Source: Mesotaenium endlicherianum
Lineage: Eukaryota
Direction of reading: 5' to 3'
DNA length: 64,000 bases
Assembly (NCBI GenBank): GCA_009602735.1
Contig: WELA01001729.1
Span: forward strand, 62,001-126,000
Below the pieces are notes generated by a model that was not told the DNA's origin, did not search any database, and was given only the letters and a program-made list of their open reading frames with translations. This document shows, piece after piece, positions 37,164-50,061 of the stretch. Position numbers and translations under genes: made by a program. The first letter of the stretch is position 1; every line of letters begins with the position of its first letter.

Positions 37164-37276
37164 GGTGACACGCTGAAGAGGCAGTCAGTAAGGGAGGCTG
37201 GTCAGGTTCAGTTCCCTTATTTAAAATTTCTGCAGTTTAATGTTGTCGAGGCGACAACAAGTTAAGTTGGAGGGAT

Positions 37277-38028
37277 TGTAATGAATCAGTATATTAGTGG
37301 ATATAATATTCATTTAAATATAATAGTTAATTAAGATCCGCCTGCTGAACTTTAGTTAATAGTCAGTCTGCTGGACTTTACTTTAGTTAATAGTCAGTCT
37401 GCTGAACTTTACATAATTATCAGTTTGCTGACTGAGTCGAAAGCAGCAGGCTCGAAGTCCATATAAGTCAGCTTGCTGACACATTCTTTGACAGCAAGCT
37501 GACTTCCGTACTCGGTAGCAGCAAACTACCCTGATATGCATCTAAGTTCGGTATGCTAGATGTATAGCCAGATGACATCCCTATGATGGATGGCTATTCG
37601 GGATGATGCGAGATGGCGGTGGATTTGGTTATCCGAGGTCCTACCAACGTGGTTAACTCCCGAATAGGCGGTGCCATCGCACCGACCGTTGAACAGTAAA
37701 CTCATTCCATGTACATACGCTAGGCATTGCTCTCGAGTTCGGCATTCGGACACGAGGCCAACTCTCTTGTACAGCTTACTGAGAGAGATCTGAATCCAAG
37801 GCGAGAAGCCATTGATACGCACTGTCTTCTAACCTTGCTTATGTATGAGTTTACTGATTTGCATTATTGATGCTAGTTTACTCTCATTTGACTGACGAGT
37901 ATTATTCACTGCTAGTGTGTTGTCCTTTGCCGTTAAACCAGTTAACGGAAAATACCATAAAGATTACTTGCTGATATAAAGATCTTTATTAATTATTAAT
38001 CGCCTTTTTAGTAACCGGATTCATTTCA
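37277..38028 (+). repeat. Family A LTR with chimeric 3' tip
   Basis: Follows the PPT; tip GCCTTTTTAGTAA resembles LTR 15876-16592; followed by GTATG. Confidence 0.93.
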
Positions 38029-38084
38029 GTATGTGTGGGGGGAAGAGCTGCAAGCAGCCTTCTAGACCCTTAAAGATGCCCTAT
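38029..38084 (+). pseudogene. 56 bp piece of host copy H pol trapped between two insertions
   Basis: GTATGTGTGGGGGGAAGAG..GATGCCCTAT encodes YVWGEE..DAL; begins with TSD GTATG and ends with TSD CCTAT. Confidence 0.88.
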
Positions 38085-38886
38085 CGAAATGAATCGACTT
38101 ACCAAATAGGCTATTAACAATTAATAAAGATCTTTATATCAGCAAGTAATCTTTATGGTATTTTCTGTTGATTAATTCAACAGCAAAAAATAATATACTA
38201 GCAGTGGACAATACTCGTAAGTCAAATGGAAGTAAATTAACATCAATAATACAATCAATAAACTCACATATAAGCAAGGCTAGGAGATAGTGCATATCAA
38301 TGGCTTCTCGCTCTCGATTCAGATCTCTCTTAGAAGCAGTACAGGAGAGTTGGCCTCGTTTCCGAATGCCGAACTTGAGAGCAATCCTAGCATATGTATA
38401 TGAAATGAGTTTACTGTTCAACGGCCAGTGCGATGGCACCACCTACCCGGGAGTTAACCACGTTGGTAGGACCTCGGTTGACCAAATCCACCGCCATCTC
38501 CCATTATCTCGAATTGCCATCCATCCGGAGGATGTCATTTGCCCATTTATCTAGCACACCACACTTAGATGCATATCTAGGCAGTTCGCTGCTACCGAAT
38601 ACGGAAGTCAGCTGGCTGTCAAAGAATGTGTCAGCAAGCTGACCTAAGTTGACGTCAGCCTGCTACTCCCGGCTGAGTCATTAAATTGATTATTTAATAG
38701 AGTCCACCAGACTCAATATTAACTAAAGTTCAGCAGGCTGAACTTATATAACTATTATATTTAAATGAATATTATATCAACCAATATACTGATTAATTAC
38801 AATCCCTCCAACTTAACGTGCTGTCGTCTTGACAACACTAACACTAGTAACAGCGTGCTGTCCCTTCCGTCCCCAGCCTCCTGCCA

Positions 38887-40545
38887 TTAGGAGGGAGATG
38901 TCCCTGGGGCCCTACACTCAAGAGAGCCAGACCTCGTCCTGTCTTGGGGTCTGCTGAAGCCTGAGGGATCCGCGTAGGGGCCTCGCAAAGTACGCAGTAA
39001 GTGGGCTGTTTCCTCGTGCACAGTCTGAAAATGAAGGGAGGCAGCCTTCTCCTGGGCAGCCCTCAAACTGACAGGTACATATACCAGCATCCCAGAAGGA
39101 TCTTGCATGACATGAGCCAAAGGCATATGCTCTCTCTGCGAGGGAGATGTTGGCAGGCCTTTGGCTATCTCCCTAGCAGCCCTCCTGTCTGCCCTGTCAG
39201 ACTGGGTCTCCGTGCCTGCAGATGGGCTCTGTCCTCTGGCAGTTCCCAGCCAAGTGATGTCCTCCTCTTCAGCGAGCTGTTGCAAGGCCATCCCAGTCTT
39301 CTCCCTTACAGGGGATGTGACAGGTGTCAGGACCACAGCGGAGCAAGTGTCCTCCTCCTCGCCTTCCTCTTCTTCTTCTTCTGACCCCTCCTCCTCTCCT
39401 TCCCCTGGTTCCTCTGAGACCGCTGGGGTCTCCTCTGTCAACTGCTCTAACTCTTCCCGAGAAAATGAATATTCCACTGACCATCCCCTTTTGGGTGCTG
39501 GTGGAGGCTGTTGAGTTCGGACCGCATATAGGTCCTTTTCTCCCTGCTTGCTTGCCCATTTGGCATAAGCATGCTTCCCTTTAGAGAATGACTCTCGGGC
39601 CCTGCTCCTGTCATCGTGCATTTTTTGGCTCATGCAGTCTCTCCCTCCATCCAGTCTTGGGTCCCAAGCTGCAATGTGAGGAGGCAACAGTATGTTCCCC
39701 TGTAGGCCTGTTAGGAAATCCTCATCCTTCGCCTTGTCATTCTGCTGGTCCCTCATATTAATGGTCATTCACCGCCAATCGGTGGGCTTCTGGAAAAAGG
39801 CAGGGTCTGTCCTTTTCAGAGTGCACGAGTACCAGTGCCTTGCAAAGTCCAGCTGACTGGTTTTCCTGGCCAAGAACTCCCAGCTTCTCCTCTCCACCTC
39901 ATTATATATGGCCTTGAACCGGTTATGGGGTGTAGAGTCCTTAAAGCTGTCCTCGTCCATGGGGATCATCCTGATGACCCTGTCCTTTCCCCAGGTACCC
40001 GGGATCGATACAACTCTTGTCTCATTCACTTGGGCCATTGCCTTGGCCTCTCTGACTGTATACCCTACCATCCTGGCATAATCGTGGTAGAGGAGTAGCC
40101 CTGTGCTGACCTCGATATACTTGTCAAAGTGTTCGAATGTCTCCCTTTCCCTCTGTAGGATGTTCTGCTGTGCCTCACTGCGACTTCTCTGGGCATACCT
40201 GAAGGCCTCCTCCAGTAGATGAAAGCCCTTGCCCAGTACTGTGTAGCGGTAGCTGTTGATTCTCCTCTGTTGTTCTTCTTCAGCCTGCTGCTTCTGCCTC
40301 TCCTCAACTTGCCTCTCCTCTTCCGCCTACTTGGCCTCCTCTGCAGCTTTTCTGTCCAGTTCTTCCTGCCTCAGCCTGGCTTGCTTCTCCTCCTCCTTCT
40401 TCTTCTGTGCCTCCCGCTGTTATTGGAGTCGTTGTGATTCCCAAGCGGAGATGAAGGATGATTTGATGTCGCCACGGAATTACAAGTATCCTGCATGTGC
40501 CTCTTCCGCTCTACTCTTCCTCTTAAGTTCCGACTTCTGGGTCAT
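38887..40545 (-). pseudogene. ORF3 type II, full span but with stop/frameshift
   Basis: ORFs 39769-40071 and 38887-39768 are separated by one TGA; ATG at 40545; C-terminal motif HMPLAHVMQDPSGMLVYV homologous to type I HVPLANVFQHPTGMPVYV. Confidence 0.88.
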
Positions 40546-40546
40546 C

Positions 40547-40648
40547 CTGCTCAAACACAATGCAGTCAGAAGAGTCATGATACTTGGCCGCTATTGAGTG
40601 CCCGTGGTTAAGAAGAACGTGATAGGGAGAGTCCCTAGTGTGTAGTAC
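40547..40648 (-). other. Predicted 102 nt intron upstream of the ORF3 type II ATG
   Basis: Minus strand reads CAAG|GTACTA ... TTCTGAC ... GAGCAG|G ATG. Confidence 0.6.
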
Positions 40649-42683
40649 CTTGTGTGAGTGAGCATAAGAGAGAATTGAGTTAGAGAGAAAAAGTGAGTAT
40701 GAGCGCAGGTTGAGTGTGTAAAATGGTTATAAAATTTGCCTGGCTGATCCCGAAACGGAATACACTCCCTCCAACTTAATTTTAAAGGTGGGTTGCCTGT
40801 CACAACTGTCACTATCTGTCACTAACTGTCACATTCCCCTCTAACTTATACGGAGACAGGACCTCCTGTCACCTGTCCGTAACCACTGAAATGACAGTTA
40901 GGGAGGGGTGCCAGCCGCCCAAAGGTGGAACCATTTCAACGCCCCTTTGGCATTGGTCAGCGGGTCTTTAAATTCCCAAGTGTCCCCAGAGGCATCGAAC
41001 CCCTTCCATCCGACCAGGTACTTCATGACATGATCGACGGACAGAGCGAGCGTCTAAAATCTCCTCCACCTCATATTCCTCGGGGTCACCATCCCAGACA
41101 GCGGGGACCGGTCCCGGTTGGACAGGTAACCGACCTGTGAACAGTGTGTCACCTTTGATGTATGGTTCCAGGAAGGAGACATTAAAGACCGGGTGACCCT
41201 TATATTTTGCTGACATGTTCAGTTTGTAAGCATTCTGACTGACACGGCGCACCACCGAATATAGATCGACGTAGACAGGACCAAGCTTTTTCTTGACCAC
41301 GCCAGGTAAATACAGGTGCAGAGAATGCAGTTTGACCAAATCGCCGTTAGAAAATGTCGATTCTCGACGGTGCTGATTAGCGTGTTTTTGTTGGTTTGCC
41401 TGGGCATTGTGCAGGTTCTGTTGGACTTCTGACAGGCAGTCACCAAACTCTTGTGTTAACTGGAGGGAGATCGGATTGTCAAAGACTCCCCTAGTACATC
41501 TAAAGGAGACTTAGGGACTCTACCCAGGCTCAGTTGAAAAGGAGTCTTGCCCGTTGACGCGTGCACCGCACTGTTGATCGCAAACTGGATTTGACGTAAC
41601 AGGTCATTCCAATTATCTTATTTTTGGTTAGTATAGCCTCTCAGTACCTCTTGCAGAGCTCGATTACTTCTTTCAGTCTGCCCATCAGTCTGAGGGTGGT
41701 TTGCTGTGCTGAGCAGCTGCTTGACTCTCATTAACCCCATTAAAGCTCTCCACAACTTAGAGGTAAATTTTGAGTCTCTGTCTGAGATGATATTAGAGGG
41801 TAGCCCATGTTGGCATACTACTTGCTTGTAGAACTGTCTCGATGTTTCGAGTGCAGTAACTTTGACAGTTGTGGGGATGAAAATGACCATTTTTGTTAAT
41901 TTATCCACTACTACCAGTATCGAATCATGCCCATTGGCAGTTCTTGGTAGTGCTACCACCCAGTCCATGGATATTGTTTCCCAGCGGCCAGTTGGGATGG
42001 GCAGCGGTTGTAAGAGGCCCTTCGGTGGTGTGTGCCTAGACTTATTCCCTTGGCACTGGTCACAGGATTTTACATATTCTAAGACCTCCCGAGGTAAGTC
42101 CTCCCAATGATAATGTTTTGCCAATTTGCCAACATTTTTGGCCTGCCCCAAATGCCCAGTAAACTGTCATGTGCTTGACTCAGTAAAAGGAACCTTATTT
42201 CCAAGTTATCAGGAATCACCAACTTCAGCCTGCCTGAAGTGGTTACAGTCACCCAGACCCCACCCTTAAGTCGATACCCAAGTGCAGTAGCAGGACACAC
42301 ACCATCAGTGGGGCTGGGCTCAAATGTTGGGTTAAAAAGTTAGGCTTTCCTAAGTTGTTCAAGAAAGGACTTTTTCACCTTTAGTGAAGTGAGTGCACAA
42401 AGAACTTTGTTTACAGCATGCTGACTAAAGTTCCTTTCTTGCAAGTCAAGTCTTCTAGAGAGTGCATCAGCAGGATTCAACTTCCCTGGTTTGTAGTCAA
42501 TTTGGACTTGAAACTGCTCCAGAATCTGGCTCCAGCGGTTCTCCCTCCTTGACAGCTTGGACTTCTTCTGAAAGTGAGTCAGATCTGGATGATCTGTAAT
42601 CACCTTAAGAGGTTTACCATGTAAGTATGCTCTCCACTATATGAGCACATGAATGATTGCTAGCAGCTCTTTATCATGTACAG

Positions 42684-45600
42684 TGAAAGGGGCAGAGTGC
42701 CCTTGTGGAAGCGTAGTAACTCACGAGGAAAAGAACTAGTTGCAATCATACTAAAGAGTGCAGCGGTATATCACTAAGAAAACTTAGGAAAATTATCCAA
42801 CATTTTGAGTAGCAAGAAACTGCTCACAAATGAACTAGGATGATAGGCCTTGTCATTACAAACCCGTAGAAGTATACAGAAGTGACAACTGATAAAAAAC
42901 AAAGAAGTTATGCCTATTTATAATTTTCTGCCTAAATGCTCCTCTCTAAGTGGAAGCTACGGATTTTCCTAAGTGTTCGTCAAATCGTCCCTTCCAGAAT
43001 ATTCGTGAGTAAGCCAGATCAGTCTAATCTGACGTGTCGGGCCAAATTGACGTCCACATACATGCATCGACATTACTAGAATATTATATCTTAGACGCGC
43101 TAGGCTAAACCGAAACTTCTAGGTAAATCGACCTAGTCGGCACTCCGCGTCAGCCAAACTTACGTGAAGGTTCGAGTTCATTCTAACGGGCCAAATCGCT
43201 CGACGCTGTCGGTCAATCCGACGGTCGCGCTCACCGCGAACTAAGGACAGTCGTCAACCGACCTCAAAACTAATTAAACCTCAGTAATCCGTAACTCTCT
43301 CAATACTTGACCAAATTCAACGAACTTTATATCAAAATGACCACAAATATGCACTCTCCACTACTGTACAATCAAAACATACTTTCATGAAACTCAAAAA
43401 TGCACTTTATAAACCTATGACCTTTTTACATCATCCCCCTCCTCAAGATGCGACGTCCTCGACGCATTCTGCAAATAACGTCTCAACTTACTCTTACAAT
43501 GAGTCAAGTTGGCCTCTGGCTCCCAAGTGTTGTCGTCCGCATGGTAGCCTTTCCACTTGACCAAATACGCTTGGACAAATCGTTGACCTCGCTTGACTCG
43601 TCGATCGCCGACAATTGCCTCCACTTCATACTCCAATACATCATCGATCTCGACCGGTGGTGGCTGTGTAGGTAGTCGTCCAGGATGTCCTTCATTCGGG
43701 TCAACGTATGGTTGCAAACAACTGACATGGAACACATCATAGATACGCCAGCCTGAAGGAAGTTCCAACTTGTAGGCCACTGGATTCACCTGCTTGAGCA
43801 CTACAAAGGGACCTGTAAACCGTGCCCGCAGTTTCCTCTTGCCTGTGAAAGGTAGGTTCTCTGTGGACAAGAGTACTTTGTCGCCCACATGGAATGTCAC
43901 TTCCCTCCTGTGCTTGTTAGCATGCTTGACCTGCTCTTCCTGTGCCTTCCGAATACACGTCTTCGCCATATTCCAAGTCTTGGCCATCTGCTCCATAAAA
44001 GCTTGTGTAATAGGAAACTGAGTCTCCTTGGCCTTCTCCAACAAGATGTTCCCTGGATGATATACTTCTCTTCCATAAACCATAGCGAATGGTGACTGCT
44101 TGGTCGATCCCTGCATGCTGTTGTTGTAGGCAAACATCCTGGCAGCTTCCTGTCCCACTCTGAAGGGTCTTCTATAGTGAAACTCTTGAGCACCTCTTGC
44201 AAAGTTCTGTTGAGCCTCTCACGGTGTCCGTCTGTCTGAGCATGATAGGAAGTGCTCATACTCAGCTTGGTCCCCATCAAAGTAAACAATGACCGCCAAA
44301 AGTTGCTAGTAAACCTTGGATCCCGATTTGAAACAATCACCTTCGGCAACCCATGTAGCCTGAAAATATGATCAAAGAATAGCCGTGCCACATCTATTGC
44401 CGTAGAAGTCTCCTTCATGGGAATGAAGTGAGCCATCTTGCTGAGTCTGTCAGACACAACCCATCCTGCATCGTGCCCTTGACCACTGATTGGTAACGAT
44501 GTGATGAAGTCCATAGCAATCTGCTCCCAAGGATACTCTGGAATAGGCAGGGGTCGCAATGNGAATGTACCTCCCTTCTTTTGATTGGGTGTCTTATTCC
44601 GCTGGCACGCATCGCAACTCCTGATCCACTCCTCGATGTCCTTGTCCATATTTCTCCAATAGTACTCCCGCTTCAGCACACTTGCCGTCTTCTCGCTTCC
44701 AAAGTGTCCTGCATATAAGCAATCGTGATGCTCCGCAAGTAGTAAGTCTCGTAGCTCCTTGATGTCAGGTACCACCACTCTCTTGGAATCACCATAATAC
44801 CATATGCCGTCCTTCTTCTGCATACTTGAAATGAATCGACTTATCAAATAGGCAATTAACAATTAATAAAGATCTTTATATCAGCAAGTAATCTTTATGG
44901 TATTTTTCGTTAACTGTTTTAACGGCAAAAGGACAACGCACTAGCAGTGAATAATACTCGCCAGTCAAATGAGAGTAAACTAGCATCAATAATGCAAATC
45001 AGTAAACTCATACATAAGCAAGGTTAGAAGACAGTGCGTAACAATGGCTTCTCGCCTTGGATTCAGATCTCTCTCAGTAAGCTGTACCAAAGAGTTGGCC
45101 TCGTTTCCGAATGCCGAACTCGAGAGCAATGCCTAGCGTATGTACATGGAATGAGTTTACTGTTCAACGGTCAGTGCGATGGCACCGCCTACCCGGGAGT
45201 TAACCACGATGGTAGGACCTCGGTTAACCAAATCCACCGCCATCTCCCATCATCCCGAATAGCCATCCATCATAGGGATGTCATCTGGCCATTCATCTAG
45301 CATATCCTACTTAGGTGTATGTCAAGGCAGTTCGCTGCTACCGAGTGCGGAGGTCAGCTGGCTGTCAAAGAATTGGTCAGCAAGCTGACTTATATAAACT
45401 TCAGCCTGCTGCTTCCGGCTGAGTCATTAAACTGATAAATATGTAAAGTCCAGCAGACTAAATATTAACTAAAGTTCAGTAGGCTGAACTTAATTAACTA
45501 TTATATTTAAACGAATATTATATCTACTAATATACTGATTCTTTACAATACTCGAGTTGGACTCAGCTGCTCCACCATCAGCAAACTCTGGGTCCTCCTC

Positions 45601-47285
45601 ATAACCTCTCTGAAGCTTCTTCTTGAAGTCCATACTCTCCTTGATGACCGAGACAGCTGCAAGGTCACACCTTCTGGATAAAGCATCTGCAGGGTTGATC
45701 TTCCCAGGTGATTACTCAATCTTGTGGTCGAACTGTTGCAGAAACTCCATCCACCTTGCTTGTCTTGGTGTCAACGTTGGTTGCGTCATAAACTTCTCCA
45801 AGCTCTTGTGGTCGGTCTTGATGAACACCTTCCGGCCGTCCACATAACATCGCCAAATCCTCAAAGCTTGGATAATAGCCAACATCTCCCGCTCGTGTGC
45901 TGCATAGTTTTGCTCAGCAGGACTCAACTTCTTGCTCTCATATGCTTCAGGCTGCAATCCTTTGCCCTGGTCTTGGAGAAGAATGGCTGCCACTGCAAAA
46001 TTTGATGCGTCCGTGATGATGGTGAAAGGAAGCTCTAAACTTGCAATTGCCAACACGGGTGCCTATGTCAACAGCTTCTTAATCTTCTCGAAGGCTTGCT
46101 GCTCCTTGTCACCCCATAGCCACTTCTCCTGCTTCTTCAACATGTCCATGAGCGGTGCACACACCTTGGCAAATCCTTCAATGAAATGTCGATAATAATT
46201 CGCCATGCCGAGGAAACTCCTGAATTGATGAATATCAGCAGGCACCGGCCAATCTCTGACTGCTTGCATCTTCTTCTGCTCCACCTTGACTCCTTCGGCT
46301 TCCACTATATGTCCAAGAAATTCGACTTCATTGAGACAGAAGTCGCACTTGCTCATCTTCCCATACAGCTTTTGATCTCTCAAGACCTCCAACATCTTCC
46401 TCAGATGCTCCACATGCTCTTCCAAGGTCTTTGAATAGATCAGGATGTCGTCCAAAAATAGCACCACAAACTGGTCCAAGTAGGGTCTGAAGATACTATT
46501 CATGAGTCCCATGAATGTTGCAAATGCATTAGTCAATCCAAAAGGCATGACCGTGAACTCAAATAAACCATAGCGAGTCCTGAAAGCAGTCTTCTGAACG
46601 CCTGCTTCCGCAATCCGTTCCTGGTGATAGCCACTCCTCAAATCGATCTTCAAGAAATACTTCGCCCCGACAAGCCTGTCAATTAACTCGTCCACTCGTG
46701 GAAATGGGTACCTGTTCTTGATNNNNNNNNNNNNNNNNNNNNNNNNNNNNNNNNNNNNNNNNNNNNNNNNNNNNNNNNNNNNNNNNNNNNNNNNNNNNNN
46801 NNNNNNNNNNNNNNNNNNNNNNNNNNNNNNNNNNNNNNNNNNNNNNNNNNNNNNNNNNNNNNNNNNNNNNNNNNNNNNNNNNNNNNNNNNNNNNNNNNNN
46901 NNNNNNNNNNNNNNNNNNNNNNNNNNNNNNNNNNNNNNNNNNNNNNNNNNNNNNNNNNNNNNNNNNNNNNNNNNNNNNNNNNNNNNNNNNNNNNNNNNNN
47001 NNNNNNNNNNNNNNNNNNNNNNNNNNNNNNNNNNNNNNNNNNNNNNNNNNNNNNNNNNNNNNNNNNNNNNNNNNNNNNNNNNNNNNNNNNNNNNNNNNNN
47101 NNNNNNNNNNNNNNNNNNNNNNNNNNNNNNNNNNNNNNNCTTCTGAGCAAGGGGATCAGACACCACTACTTGCTCCTTCGGCGATGTACATTCGCCCAGG
47201 CTGTTAGGATTCACGCTTGTTCCATCTGATGACCTGGCCAGGGCCACCGAAACAAGGTACATCTCCTTCACCCGATTCGCCCTGC
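42684..47285 (-). mobile_element. Family C element, 3' part (RT, RH, IN, chromodomain, PPT, 3' LTR 42684-43430)
   Basis: FLDDIL RT 46063-46720, RH 45712-46056, IN 43897-44826, chromodomain EYEVEAIV..WKGY..NTWEP; PPT 43431-43444; starts with TSD GCAGG (CCTGC at 47281-47285); N gap 46723-47139. Confidence 0.9.
44827..45547 (-). repeat. Family A solo LTR with TSD ATACT
   Basis: ATACT at 44822-44826 and 45548-45552; no PBS or PPT adjacent. Confidence 0.93.
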
Positions 47286-48117
47286 TGAAATGAATCGCCT
47301 TACCAAATAGGCGATTAACAATTAATAAAGATCTTTATATCAGCAAGTAATCTTATAGTATTTCCGTTAATTAGTTAAACGGCAAAGGACAATACACTAG
47401 CAGGGAATAATACTCGTAAGTCAAATGCGAGTAAACTAGCATCAATGATGCAAATCAGTAAACTCATACATAAGCAAGGTTAGAAGACAGTGCGTATCAA
47501 TGGCTTCTCGCCTTGGATTCAGAGTTCTCTCAGTAAGCTGTACAAGAGAGTTGGCCTCGTTTCCGAATGCCGAACTCGAGAGCAATGCCTAGCATATGTA
47601 CATGGAATGAGTTTACTGTTCAACGGTCAGTGCGATGGCACCGCCTACCCGGGAGTTAACCACGTTGGTAGGACCTCGGTTAATCAAATCCACCGCCCAT
47701 CTCTTATCATCCCGAATAGCCATCCATCATGGGGATGTCATCTGGCCATTCATCTAGCGGGTCGTACTTAGATGCATATCAAGGCAGTTCGCTGCTACCG
47801 AGCACGGAAGTCAGCTGGCTGTCAAAGAATGTGTCAGCAAGCTGACTTAAGTTGACTTCAGCCTGTTGCTTTCGGCCGAGGCATTCAACTGATAATTATG
47901 TAAAGTCCAGCAGACTGATTATTAACTAAAGTTCAGCAGGCTGAACTGAATTAACTATTAGATTTAAATGAATATTATATCCACTAATATACTGATTCAT
48001 TACAATCCCTCCAACTTAACATGTTGTCGCCTCGACAACATTAAACTGCAGAAATTTTAAATAAGGGAGCTGAACCTGACCAGCCTTCCTTACTGACTGC
48101 CTCTTCAGCGTGTCACC

Positions 48118-49794
48118 TTAAGGGGTTGTTCCTGGGGCTTCAGGGTCAGGAGACGGAGAGCTGGACCTAGATCTGGACAGCCCTCTAGGTCTGTCAGCTG
48201 GCCTTCTAAAGAACCCTGTTTGCTCTAAAGTTGGCCCTCGAGGAGAACGGAGGATGGTGGCCTGCTCTTCAACTATTTGGGTGTTGATTCCCACATAGAC
48301 AGGCATTCCAGTAGGATGCTGAAATACATTGGCTAGAGGTACATGCCCCTGAGCGGAGGGGGAGGCTGGCATACTTCTGGCCCACCCGCGTGTCTCTCTT
48401 CCGGCACCCCTGTCCTCTGGGGATTTCTGTCTGTGTCTGCTGCCCAGTACCGTCAGATCAGCTTCTTCCCCTGCTTGGGCAGGTGGGCTGGGGGAGCGAG
48501 CGCGGGGTCCAGTTGTCGCCATAACGGGGATCACATTCCACACACCTGATCGTGGTTCTTTAGGAAGTGCCACTGCCTGTCCCTGGGTATCCTGAGTACC
48601 TGCTGCTGATGCTTCTCCTCTGCCTTGTTCTTCTTCCTCATCCTCCTCATCCTCCTCCTCGGAGAGAGTAGGGGTCTCGTCCACTAAGTCGTCCTGCTCC
48701 CTAGTAGACATGGAGTAGTCTACCGACCTCCCTTTCTTAGGGCGCGCTGGAGGTTGCTTGGCCTTCAGCCTACTGATATCTATCCGGCCTGCATTCTTTG
48801 CCCATTTGACAAAGGCATGCTTTCCCTTAGAGAAGTACTCTCTTCCCCTCCTCCTATGTTCCTTGGTCTCTGCATTCATATTGCTCAGGCATCCATTCAG
48901 CCTGGGGTCCCAAGGGGCAATGTGAGGTGGTAGGATGAGATAGCCGTCTAGGCCATAGTGGAAGTCATCCGGTTGGGCTCGGTCACACTCCTGCTTCTTA
49001 TTTGTGACGGTCATCCACCTCCAGTCTGTTGGCTGCTGGTAGTACTGGGGTCCGTGCTCAGCCTTCCTCAGTTTACACGGGAACCAGTGGGGAGAGAACA
49101 TCTGCTGTCCTGCTTCCCTGGCCAAGTACTCCCAGCTCCTTCTCTCAACTTCATTGTAAGCTGGCAGGAGTGTGAGGTAGAATACCGTATCCTTATAGCT
49201 ATCGGGCCGCAAACTCACCATCCGGATGAGTCTCTGATCTCCCACTATTCTCGGTATGGGGACCGGCTTGTCCTCTGAATCATCTGCGAGATACCGGGCC
49301 TGCTCTGCTGTATAGCCCACCATCTTAGCATAATCTTCGTAAAGGACCACGCCGGTGTGTGTCTCGATGTACCTGTCCAGTGCTGTAGCTCCTTCCTTCT
49401 GTAGCAGTGTTGTCTGTTCCAGCCTGTTGATCTCCTGGGCTGCCAGCAATGCTTCCTTCAGGTTATCGAAGTTTTGGCCACCCACCACAGTATACCTGTA
49501 AGTGGCCAAGCTCTTCTGCCTGTCCGCTTCAATCTTTTTTCTTTTCTCCTCGTCTGCCGCTGCCGCTTCTTCTTGCTGTTTCTTCTGTCTCTCCTCCTCA
49601 GCCTTCCTGAGGTTTTCCGCTTCCTGATTCTTCTTCCTCTGTGCCTCTTCTGCCGCCTCTTGTTGCTTGCGGACCCTTTCTTGTTCTCTCCTGGTGAGGG
49701 ACGTCGCCGCCAGCTCCTTCTGGTATTGCTCCATTGTCCTCCTGGCTTCTTCTGCCTTGCGCTTTCTGTCCTCCTTTTGTGTGGTGGGCGCCAT
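48118..49794 (-). CDS. ORF3 type I (558 aa), intact
   Basis: 11 aa differences from 35487-37163 by manual comparison; predicted intron 49796-49898 upstream. Confidence 0.9.
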   Translation of the reverse strand: MAPTTQKEDRKRKAEEARRTMEQYQKELAATSLTRREQERVRKQQEAAEEAQRKKNQEAENLRKAEEERQKKQQEEAAAADEEKRKKIEADRQKSLATYRYTVVGGQNFDNLKEALLAAQEINRLEQTTLLQKEGATALDRYIETHTGVVLYEDYAKMVGYTAEQARYLADDSEDKPVPIPRIVGDQRLIRMVSLRPDSYKDTVFYLTLLPAYNEVERRSWEYLAREAGQQMFSPHWFPCKLRKAEHGPQYYQQPTDWRWMTVTNKKQECDRAQPDDFHYGLDGYLILPPHIAPWDPRLNGCLSNMNAETKEHRRRGREYFSKGKHAFVKWAKNAGRIDISRLKAKQPPARPKKGRSVDYSMSTREQDDLVDETPTLSEEEDEEDEEEEQGRGEASAAGTQDTQGQAVALPKEPRSGVWNVIPVMATTGPRARSPSPPAQAGEEADLTVLGSRHRQKSPEDRGAGRETRGWARSMPASPSAQGHVPLANVFQHPTGMPVYVGINTQIVEEQATILRSPRGPTLEQTGFFRRPADRPRGLSRSRSSSPSPDPEAPGTTP

Positions 49795-50061
49795 CCTGCA
49801 CATGTAACCAGGGCACAAGTTAGTAGGATATGGACCTTTGTCATAGGGATTGCAGGAAGTATGTTAGTATTTAGTATAGTGGCTTCGCTGCTGTTTACCT
49901 TACAGGATGATTGCTAAAAGTTGACGTAGTTGCGATGCGCTACACATAAACGTATGAGTGTGTTTTTATCGCTCTCGCTCACTAACTGTCATATATTTTC
50001 CCCTCCAACTTAAATGGAGACAGGACCGCCTGTCACCTTCCCGTGTCAACTGAAATGACAG

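Larger units (their letters stand above)
29179..38028 (+). mobile_element. Young full-length family A element A1 (LTR-gag-pol-ORF3-LTR), a recombinant with non-matching TSDs
   Basis: LTRs 29179-29928 and 37277-38028, PBS 29930-29941, PPT 37263-37275; left flank GCAGG, right flank GTATG. Confidence 0.95.
38085..42683 (-). mobile_element. Family A copy X, 3' half (RH end, IN, chromodomain, ORF3 type II, PPT 38802-38815, 3' LTR 38085-38801), inverted relative to its 5' half
   Basis: LTR shares private variants with 15876-16592 (GTCTGGTGGACTCTATTAAATAATC); IN fragments 40968-42603. Confidence 0.87.

Noticed and set aside
46063..47271. Long ORFs containing X runs (also the end of 20242-23316)
   Set aside because: Lengths are artefacts of N gaps 46723-47139 and 23198-23294
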